A DNA stretch of 64,000 nucleotides. Origin: Octopus sinensis (lineage: Eukaryota). The stretch lies in assembly GCF_006345805.1 (NCBI RefSeq), contig NC_043001.1, positions 13,020,001-13,084,000 on the forward strand. The letters run 5' to 3'. Numbering within the stretch: the first letter of the stretch is position 1; each line of letters opens with the position of its first letter. Position numbers and translations under genes: made by a program. The notes beneath the pieces are model-generated. The model saw only the letters and a list, made by a program, of their open reading frames with translations, made no database searches and was not told the DNA's origin. Positions 53,545 to 64,000 of the stretch are shown here, in pieces.

Positions 53545-54140
53545 TCACAAAAGAATTCGATGACATCGACCCCAGTACTCAACTGGTATTTATTTTACTG
53601 ATCGCAAATGATGAAATGCAATGGCGACATCGGAGGAATTTGTACTCAGAACATGTATACAGACAAAATGGCGCTAAGCATTTTCTACGGCATTCTGACT
53701 ATTCTGCAAGCACATAAATTATTGGATTTGGATTTTAGTATAAGGCCAGCATTTTTGGAAGAGCAATAATCGATTACCTCGCCCCCAGTGCTCAAATTGT
53801 ACTAATTTCATCGACCCGAAAATTGTAAACGGCAAATTTGACTCCGACAGTATTTGAACTCAGATGACAAAAGTGGGAAAATTGTCACTAAGCTTTTTCC
53901 AGCGCCGTAACACTTTAGCCAGCTCACCGCATCAGGTTTCAATTTTTTTTCCAAGGCCAGGTATTTTAGAGGAAAGTGGGTAAATTTGTATCATCTCCAC
54001 CGTGCTCAACTGATAATTTCTTTATTAACCGCGAAATAATGAACGGTAAAGCGGACATTTGAAGAAGTGTAACACAGAACATAAAGCATGACAGAATGCC
54101 ACCAAGTATTCTGCTTCTTAGGATAACTATTCTGCCAGTT
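53545..54140 (-). mobile_element. Three decayed SINE family C-type copies
   Basis: Repeated cgaccccagt...ctggtattta...gaactcaga motifs. Confidence 0.55.
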
Positions 54141-55113
54141 GACAGATTTCATAAAAATGAAAAACAAATGGCTATAAGATTTCAAGTATATTCAATGGTT
54201 ATATGGTGTAACACCGGTCAGCGTAATTGAAAGGTCAATTCATACACAGGAGTAGAGAGGAAATAAATGCGTTAGCCCTCAACTTGTATATAATACCCGA
54301 AGAACTTAAAGTGCTAGTTACAAGTGCAAATTTATTATTGCTTGAAGAACCTCAAGCATTTGTAAATTTGCTGATGTTCAGGAATTGTCAAATTTCGTAT
54401 TAGATTTCCTTTCTAATTCTCATAGAAATGTGGCCTTGACAATCAGCAGAGAAGACACAACACTTAATATCCAGTAAGAGAAGAAAACAATACTAATTCA
54501 GAAAGAAATGCCAGTGCCCTACAGAATGGTTCGTTTAACATATCTGCAGCTCCCGTACAAAGTTTAAACATCACAAATTGGAGCTGACAGGTGGTTCGTC
54601 ATCTAGAAAGCTTATTTGCCGTGAAGCAAATTACATACATAATGAGAAGTTACATGTATGCCGAATGCTTAGAGAAGATAGATAAAAACGAAAGTAATTT
54701 ACTATGTCCCGAAGTAACTACTGAAATTTAATTGATATCATTGAAACTTTCTCGGTAAGGGATCGTGCCTATCTAATTCCACAAGCAAGTTCGGTATAAA
54801 TAAATTACAGTAAACGTGAAATGTCTTAGGGGAAAATTTTGTAAAAATGGGATGAAATAAAACCAGCGCGTGTGTTTCTTCTAAACATTTGTTGTAGAGA
54901 AAATTATTTATCAGCCGATCAAGTTCATCAGGTTTTTAGTAATATTCTTTGTGTCATTATTCGCGATCTTATCAATAGCTCAATGACATGTCCCGCCTTT
55001 TACAAAATGTGTTTCTCGTCTGCCTCTTTGCAAAGCAGATTTCCTCAGAACTATGCATAAATTCAGGGGAGACAAAAAAGTGATTACAGAATTATAAAAA
55101 TTCACAAACATTA

Positions 55114-55969
55114 GGCGCAGGAGTGGCTGTGTGGTAAGTAGCTTGCTAACCAACCGCATAGTTCCGGGTTCAGTCCCACTGCGTGGAATCTTGGGCAAGT
55201 GTCTTCTGCTATAGCCCCGGGCCGACCAATGCCTTGTTCGTGGATTTGGTTGACGGAAACTGAAAGAAGCCTGTCGTATATATATATATATATAAGTGTG
55301 TGTGTATGTGTTTGTGTGTCTGTGTTTGTTCCCCTAGCATTGCTTTACAACCGATGCTGGTGTGTTTACGTCCCCGTCACTTAGCGGTTCGGCAAAGAGA
55401 GGCCGATAGAATAAGTACTGGGCTTACAAAGAATAAGTCCCGGGGTCGATTTGCTCGACTAAAGGCGGTGCTCCAGCATGGCCGCAGTCAAATGACTGAA
55501 ACAAGTAAACGAGTAAAAGAGAGTATTAGTATAAAAAGAGATGAACTAACTAAGACTGTGAACATTGAATTACATACAGTCACTGAAATCAACAAAATCG
55601 GAACCAAAATAAAATACACAACGCAAAGAAAGAAAGGATACCATAAGGTAAAGATGTTACAGTTTATTCAGTCAGTTACTAAAGAGTAAATTCAATATCA
55701 ATATATGCTAGCCATCCTTGTTACGCATGACATATTTAGTTCAATATTGTGGAAGTTAAAGAGATTGATGAGTTTGGTGTGAAATAATCAGTAATCTCTT
55801 CACAACTATAGGCGTGGGAGTGGTTGCGTGGTAAGCAGCTTGCTTACAACCACATGGTTCCGGTTTTAACTCTCACTGCGTGGCATTTTAGGCAGTGTGT
55901 TCTACTATAGACTCGGGCTGACCAAAGCCTTGTCAGTGGATTTGGTAGACGGAAACTGAAAGAAGCCCG

Positions 55970-56028
<59 letters not shown>

Positions 56029-56893
56029 ATATATATATGTATGTCTATCTTTATATATTTATATGTATATATGTATATATATGTATATGTATATATATGT
56101 ATATATATGTATATGTATATATATGTATATATATGTATATATGTGTATATATGTATATATATGTATGTATATGTATGTATATGTATATATATGTATGTAT
56201 ATGTATGTATATGTATATATATGTGTGTGTGTTTGTGTGTCTGTGTTTGTTCCCCTAGCATTGCTTTACAACCGATGCTGGTGTGTTTACGTCCCCGTCA
56301 CTTAGCGGTTCGGCAAAGAGAGGCCGATAGAATAAGTACTGGGCTTACAAAGAATAAGTCCCGGGGTCGATTTGCTCGACTAAAGGCGGTGCTCCAGCAT
56401 GGCCGCAGTCAAATGACTGAAACAAGTAAACGAGTAAAAGAGAGTATTAGTATAAAAAGAGATGAACTAACTAAGACTGTGAACATTGAATTACATACAG
56501 TCACTGAAATCAACAAAATCGGAACCAAAATAAAATACACAACGCAAAGAAAGAAAGGATACCATAAGGTAAAGATGTTACAGTTTATTCAGTCAGTTAC
56601 TAAAGAGTAAATTCAATATCAATATATGCTAGCCATCCTTGTTACGCATGACATATTTAGTTCAATATTGTGGAAGTTAAAGAGATTGATGAGTTTGGTG
56701 TGAAATAATCAGTAATCTCTTCACAACTATAGGCGTGGGAGTGGTTGCGTGGTAAGCAGCTTGCTTACAAACCACATGGTTCCGGTTTTAACTCTCACTG
56801 CGTGGCATTTTAGGCAAGTGTGTTCTACTATAGACTCGGGCTGACCAAAGCCTTGTCAGTGGATTTGGTAGACGGAAACTGAAAGAAGCCGTC

Positions 56894-56950
<57 letters not shown>

Positions 56951-57348
56951 CTATCTTTATATATTTATATGTATATATGTATATATATGTATATGTATAT
57001 ATATGTATATATGTGTATATATGTATATATATGTATATATATATGTTTATATATATATATGTATGTATATGTATGTATATGTATATATATGTATGTATAT
57101 GTATGTATATGTATATATATGTGTGTGTGTTTGTGTGTCTGTGTTTGTCCTCCCAGTATCGCTTGACGACTCACGCTGGTGTGTTTACGTACCCGTAACT
57201 TAGCGGTTCGGCAAAGAGTGACCGATAGAATAAGTACTAGGCTTACAAAGAATAAGTCCTAGGGGAGATTTTCCCTACTAAAAGCGGTGCTCCAACATGG
57301 CCGCAGTCAAATGACTGAAACGAGGTAAAGATTCAAAAAGAGAAAAGA
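55114..57348 (+). mobile_element. Three SINE family A units (55114-55521, chimeric 55811-56442, 56732-57348) spanning a 921-bp tandem duplication
   Basis: 55310-56230 is repeated at 56231-57150, including ~290 bp of unique spacer. Confidence 0.88.
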
Positions 57349-57540
57349 CTAATCATGCAAACTCAGCAAACCTGCTACCAATCAGATATATGTATTTTTG
57401 TGTGGGTGGGGTGACAAATTTAGGAAGCAGCTACAAAATAACGATATTACGATTAAAATTAGAGGCAAATCAAAGAAATTAAAGCTCATAAATATGAGTC
57501 AACAAGAAATTATCTTGTTTACCAAATGTGTTAGTGTGTG

Positions 57541-57820
57541 TGTTGTTCCTTCTCGAACCACGCCTGGCTCATAAGGGCCGGTTTCCCGGTTTCTTTGGCG
57601 TATAGGCTCCCCACCTGGACGGGACGCCGATCCGTCGCAGGTGAGCTGCAAGATGCAGGAGGAAAGAGTGAGAGAAAAAAGTTCGCTATTACCTTCTGCC
57701 GAAGCCGCGTGGAGCTTAGGTGTTTCGCTCATAAACACACACATCCCCGGTTTTAGATTCGAACACGCGATCCCTCGACCGCGCGTCCGCTGCTCTAAGC
57801 ACTAGACCATGTGCCTCCAC
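57541..57820 (-). mobile_element. SINE family D
   Basis: Reverse complement of the 14548-14875 type. Confidence 0.85.
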
Positions 57821-58850
57821 AGTGTGTGTGTGTTTGTGTGTGTGTGTGCGTGTAGAAAAGTTTGAGTACACAATGCAAACACGGTCTATTGAATTATAGG
57901 TGGCATAAGTGTAAAAACAAATAATACATTTTTTTGAAAACAATACCTCAATATCTAAATATAAAACGAAAACAGAATCTTAAGATGGTCTGAAGATAAT
58001 GAAAATGAAAAAAGGAAAAAAAAATCCTGTTCAGATATCTTGCAAGATTTGACAGATGTGAAGGCAGGCTGAAAGACAATTGTTTAAAGTGATTACGCTG
58101 AAATTCGACATAAAATATCTGATTATAGCACCCCGAAAATGTGCGTGGGCGGAAACATTTAGAGAAATAAAATGGTTGCAAACTATGCTAGCATCGAATA
58201 CAGAGTTGAGAATTAATTCATCGTGACAGTTGCTCAGATGATAACTGGTTGCCCGCTACTTGAGATGTCTGAATATACACAGAGATTGAAATGAACCGAC
58301 TGTATCCGCTTGGCAATATGCTAGCAATTGGAAATGAAAACTGACAGCATTTGTTCATATGTGTATGGAAAAATTGTCAGATGCTAGCTATCCGACATAG
58401 GTTTGAGTAATACGAGTTATCTAAGCAACGATCTATACAAACATACACAGATTTACAGATTTCACCTATTCTGCAAAGAAAGAGCTATTAAGTAAATATT
58501 TGTGAAATATCCAACTACTTTAGATAAACATAAGTCACACATCAGCAAAAGGTAGATTAATTGACGATGTTGAATTCGAATCTTAAGATGAGTCCGTGTC
58601 ATGCCTTATTTAGAAATGTTGTCAGCAGGGAAATGTATGAGAGTTATAAAAATACCGGAGTTACAGAAGTAAAGCTACAATTTCGAATACAATACTGAGG
58701 AATAACAATGTTTACTACGGCATATACTAATGAGAGACAACGACAGGAATATTTTATATACTTGGAGGCTCTAATAGCGCACTGCTACTACTTCTACTAT
58801 TTGTACTACGTCTCATCCTCCTCTGATTTTTTCTTCTCCTACTATAACTT

Positions 58851-59240
58851 CGGTGGAGGCGCAATGGCCCAGTGGTTAGGGCAGCGGACTCGGGGTCATA
58901 GGATCGCGGTTTCGATTCCAAGACCGGGCGTTGTGAGTGTTTATTGAACGAAAACACCTAAAGCTCCACGAGTCTCCGGCAGGGGATGGTGGTGATCCCT
59001 GCTGTACTCTTTCACCACAACTTTCTCTCAATCTTACTTCCTGTTTCTGTTGTACCTGTATTTCAAAGGGCCGGCCTTGTCACTCTCTGTGTCACGCTGA
59101 ACATCCCCGAGAACTACGTTAAGGGTACACATGTCTGTGGAGTGCTCAGCCACTTACACGTTAATTTCACGAGCAGGCTGTTCCGTTGATTCGGATCAAC
59201 CGGAACCCTCGTCGTCGTAACCAACGGCGTGCTTCCATCC
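58851..59240 (+). mobile_element. SINE family B, full length, 9-bp TSD
   Basis: A-box-like tggcccagtggttagggc, B-box-like ggtttcgattcc; TSD actataact at 58841-58849 and 59241-59249. Confidence 0.9.
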
Positions 59241-59377
59241 ACTATAACTACGGCTACTAAAAATACTGCCACCAGCACCACCACCAACATTACAGCTGCG
59301 GCTACCACCATCAGTAGCAGTTGCGGTAATGGTGCTAGATTTCGTCAAGTTCCATGATAGTCACTAGAATTTAATAA

Positions 59378-59794
59378 GGCGCCGAGCTAGCAGAATCGTT
59401 CGCACGCCGGGCGAAATGCGAGGCTGTACTTCGTTTGCCGTTACGTTCTGATTTCAAATTCCGCCGAGGTCGAATTTGCCTTTCATCCTTTCGGAGTCGA
59501 AAAATTAAGTACCAGTTACGCATTGGGTTCGATGTAATCGACTTAAACCGTTTGTCTGTCCTTGTCTGTCTCCTCTCTGTGTTTAGCCCCTTGTGGGCAG
59601 TAAAGAAATAGGTATTTCGTCTGCCGTTACGTTCTGAGTTCAAATTCCGCCGAGGTCGACTCTGCCTTTCATCCTTTCGGGTGTCGATAAATTAAGTACC
59701 AGTCAAGCACTACTGTCGATGTAATCGACATAATCCGTTTGTCTGTCCTTGTTTGTCCTCTCAGTGTTTAGCCCCTTGTGGGTAATAAGGAAAT
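59378..59794 (+). mobile_element. SINE family C, partial dimer
   Basis: Junction agtaaagaaata-ggtatttcgtctgccg at ~59600-59625. Confidence 0.85.
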
Positions 59795-60672
59795 AAGTCG
59801 CTTGAATTTAATCACGCATGAAATAAACTGTGTATATGCACAAGTTTAAGGAAGTCGAAATTTAACCAATATATTCAGGTTTCTTCGTTTCTAATCAAAC
59901 ATCGAGGATGGCTTCTATTAATAATAATATTTCACCATAACCATAGTTGGCATTATAACAAAATAATGGACACGTTGAGATAATATAATACTGCCTACGA
60001 TACGCAACTGTCACGACTAAAATATTACCAGGCAAAATAAATTCTAAACCCTAATAGCATCCACAAAAAACTACCTCATAATCATATAGGGAAAAGTCAC
60101 AACACATAGAATCTCTTACGACAACTGCAGTTGTGTATGGGGGTTTGTTTTTTACCTGGTTTATTTGCATGTGGGTGAGTATTAATCAGCATATAAATCT
60201 CCATTAAACACTAACGTAAGTTAATCCTAAATCACATGGCAACAGGAGAGATTAGCTGCCAATAATGGAACCGTATTTGAGTGGATTCTATTTTTGTTCG
60301 ACGGAGCCATCTATGATTAACTATGTTCTAAATACGACCGCCTTGTATGCTATCGGTACCTATTATTTCCTAAGGCTTTAGAAACTAAACAGAGTGATAT
60401 TTATTTTTAGAAACACCTACGGCAAATTGGTGATATATATTTCGTTGCGGTAATTTGTATGAAGATATTTGTATGCTTTGAATGTTCGTATATTATATAT
60501 GAGGAATAATATAAGGTGTAACATAGAGTGTGTGCTTACGCATTATGAGACGAAGTTATGCTTCAAATCTAAAGAAGCGAGCAAGGCCCCTTTCTATGCA
60601 AAAGTGCAAATAGGCAGATGCATGCGCACCTGGGCGTGAGCATATATCAGACATGCATGCATTTACACACAT

Positions 60673-60723
<51 letters not shown>

Positions 60724-60728
60724 AACGA

Positions 60729-60774
<46 letters not shown>

Positions 60775-61112
60775 GTATATATATATATAAATATGTATGT
60801 ATGTATGTATGTTATGTATGTTTGTACGCTTAATAATCTGAATGGAAGCGAAAACTAGAGGAACATAATTAACTCCTCTCAAAATCAAATATATACACGT
60901 ATATTTTTTTATATTTATAAAACGGATATAATAATTCCAAACATATAAATATAAAAATACACGTAATTAGATATCGACGTGATACATAAAGCACATTGAA
61001 TTTTAGATTTAAAAGCTATAATATATTGGTGTATTAAACATTTTATATGATAAAACATTTAAAGGACGTACTAAAATACCGCCGAAAATAATACAAAAAT
61101 TTAAACATAAAA

Positions 61113-61572
61113 GGCGCAGGAGTGGCTGTGTGGTAAGTAGCTTGCTAACCAACCACATGGTTCTGGGTTCAGTCCCACTGCGTGGCATCTTGGGCAAGTG
61201 TCTTCTGCTATAGCCCCGGGCCGACCAATGCCTTGTGAGTGGATTTGGTAGACGGAAACTGAAAGAAGCCTGTCGTATATATATATATATATATATATGT
61301 GTGTTTGTGTGTCTGTGTTCGTCCTCCTAGCATCGCTTGACAACCGATGCTGGTGTGTTTACGTCCCCGTCACATAGCGGTTCGGCAAAAAAGAGACCGA
61401 TAGAATAAGTACTGGGCTTACAAAGAATAAGTCCCGGGGTCGAGTTGCTCGATTAAAGGCGGTGCTCCAGCATGGCCGCAGTCAAATGACTGAAACAAGT
61501 AAAAGAGAAAAAAGAGAAAGAGATTCCATCTACGGTGGAGGCGCAATGGCCCAGTGGTTAGGGCAGCGGACT
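61113..61572 (+). mobile_element. SINE family A (61113-61522) plus a 40-bp SINE family B head (61533-61572)
   Basis: Both are nested in the left arm of the fold-back element. Confidence 0.85.
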
Positions 61573-61890
61573 TCAGAGACGTGCCAACTAATATGATATA
61601 TTTTTCATTATTTAATAAAAACTGACACTCCCCTCATCAGGATGTTTCCAAACAATACAGATAAAACATATACAGTTATACAATTATACAACTACATACC
61701 AGCCTACCAATCGATTAAGACATTGAGCTTACCAACCTTTAGAGTTATCTAATATTTGCCTTCTGATTATATGCTAATTAGGTAATATTAGATAACTATA
61801 AAGATTGTTAAGCTCAATGTCTTAATACTTTGGCCGACTGGTATGTAGCTGTATAAGTGTATTTCTGTACTTGTTCTTTCTGTATTGTGT

Positions 61891-61994
61891 GAAAATATCC
61901 TGATGAGGGGAGTGTAAGTCTTTTTTAAAAATACGACAAGTGTATCATATTACTTGGCACGTCTCTGAAACTTTTAAATTTTTGTAATATTTTC
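61891..61994 (+). ncRNA. Hammerhead-like fold (type I, long stem II) in the right arm of the fold-back element
   Basis: gaaaatat(c)-CTGATGA-ggggagtgt...gcacgtctct-GAAAC-ttttaaattttt-GTA-atattttc. Stem I has 8 bp with one extra C; stem III is weak. Confidence 0.45.
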
Positions 61995-62817
61995 CTTTTA
62001 ATGTTTTATCATCTCTAATTTCTAGTACACCAATGTATTATAACTTTTAAATCTAAAATTCCCTCTGTTTCATGTATCACATCGATATATATTTAATGTA
62101 TTTTTATATTTATATATTTGGAATTTTTATATCCGTTTTATAAATGTAGAAGAATATATGTATATATTTGATTCTGAGTGTGGTTATTAATTATGTTCTT
62201 CTAGTTTCCGCTTGTATTGCCTCTATTCCGATTATTAAACGGTATATAGCTCTCACAGTGCATTACACCTCCTGTCTGTAGTTTATTTGTGGGTATAGTT
62301 AACACTAGCAATTCTGAAAATAAAGCAGTTTATCTTATATATGTATGTATACATATACATAAACACACACACTTATAAGCAATACTGATAACGACAAAGA
62401 GTATGGAGATTGGTGCATCCTCAAAATTGGCTTCCTGCTATTTTGCAATGTCAATCAATATGCAATTATTTTCATGGTTACTATGACTTATACGTGTTTC
62501 CGCTGCACAGAATATGGCGAGTTGCAAAAGCAACCTGGCATAATTTTCTCTGCACCTTCGTTCGGGTTCTTTCAACCAGCTTGGCTCGAAGCGAATTCAT
62601 TTAATTTAGGTGTTTATTGGTTAGGTTACAATGGGAAGTAAGGAGAGGGGTTGTTTTCAATCTGAAAATTGAACTGTTTCTAGATAATATTTCCATCCAG
62701 TGAACTGAACATGGAATTACTTATCGGAAGAATTTACTACGTGAGCGACAACTCCTAGAAATGCAGGCGTTGATAAATATATATACATAATTATAAGTTA
62801 GAGTATCTGCGAGATAC

Positions 62818-63130
62818 CGCCATGCTGAAAATAGCAGTCAAAATCTGACTCTAAAACCATATTAAATGTTCATACGGCACAAGCAGAGAAGACAAAAAGA
62901 CAAAATAAAACTAGCAAAAAATTACGTATATATATGCATTTCGTTTTGGGATTTGATTTGCAAGATTCCTTATGTGTGTTCGTGTGTTCAAGCATATTTT
63001 TCTGTGTCAGGGGAGAGTCATTTTCCTTCATGCTTTATTATGTAACACACTCACCGGTAAAATTTCCATTTCTTTCTTATTTGTATTTTCATAAAATGTT
63101 CGTTGCGTCTTGAAAGCTTTTCAATAGTCT
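62818..63130. mobile_element. Probable interspersed repeat starting cgccatgctgaa
   Basis: Shares the cgccatgctgaa start with 47088; contains an internal short TA tract. Family identity not established. Confidence 0.35.
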
Positions 63131-64000
63131 TGAAAATAATAGTCCGTTATTTACACTGCGTTACTTTTTGTTTGTTTGTGCACATGTGTAGGTGTGCCTA
63201 TGCATGCATGTATGTATGCATGTATGTATGCATGTGTGCGTATGCAAATATGTGTGTCTATGCATATGTATATATGTATGTGTGTGCATCTGCATGTATG
63301 CATTCTGCATATTCATGTGCTTGCTTGTCCATGTTTGTGTTTTTATGTGTGTCTGTGTGTGTGTTTATATACGTATGCACCTCTGTCTCCTTGTGTGTGC
63401 ATCTCTGAGTGTGTGTGTGTGTATGTGTGTGTGTGTGTGTGTGTGTATTTTGCAACTATGTACCGTGTTTGTATGTAGGGATGTGCATCGCTATATGTGT
63501 GGACACATGTCTCCATATCTGTCATTATGTGAAGTAAAGTTTTTGTGTATATATGGCAATATGTCGTCAATATCATAGATACTTGCAGAGCACACAGAAA
63601 TCTCACATAAGAAATGTGTCTCACATCACTCAAGAACTCTACGCAAACTTATAGCCTAAAACAGTAAGAGGTCTCGGAGAACTTTTAGTGGGTTAAATCA
63701 GTTTATGTATATTTAAAAACACAGAGAAAGAGCCAGGATATTTTTCAAGTCGATATTCGTGTCTTCCCAACATCTTCTACAGCTCTTTCTATTCAAATTC
63801 ACTTGAATAAATTATTTTTGAAGGGAAAATATTAAACAAAAACCTCCTTCAAAACGATTCTGGTTTTCTATGAAATCGGATACAACGTTGTGACAACTTA
63901 AATACTTCAACATATTTAAAATGTATGTAAACATATTGTGGCGTTTTTCAAGTTAATTTGTTAAATACGCAGACAGTTACATATTTGTTCAGATACTGTT

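Larger units (their letters stand above)
60829..62240. mobile_element. Large fold-back element (~460-bp diverged inverted arms), left arm interrupted by SINEs
   Basis: 60829-61106 plus 61572-61756 pair with 61784-62240; central spacer about 27 bp. Confidence 0.8.

Noticed and set aside
54425-54478. 48-nt candidate micro-exon (NVALTISREDTTLNI) with good splice signals
   Set aside because: No partner exons or homology; expected by chance in 64 kb.

Overview
AT-rich, repeat-saturated animal non-coding DNA. No host protein-coding exon can be supported, and nearly all supplied ORFs are translated microsatellites or SINEs. The SINE families and (TA)n load resemble octopus (cephalopod) genomic DNA; this is recognition, not a database result. 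Contents: five tRNA-headed SINE families (my labels A-E, about 40 copies in total); a young, 5'-truncated CR1-clade LINE (28083-30487, minus) whose ORF2 is broken only by two single-base homopolymer deletions; decayed R4/Dong LINE, CR1 and Tc1/mariner fragments; four non-autonomous Helitrons; several (TA)n-embedded fold-back elements; and two local tandem duplications. Best lead: a short (TA)n-embedded repeat family carrying a minimal Penelope-type hammerhead ribozyme with a shared non-canonical core (CUGUNGA instead of CUGANGA) in all three copies. A separate ~1.4 kb fold-back element carries a longer hammerhead-like fold in each arm.
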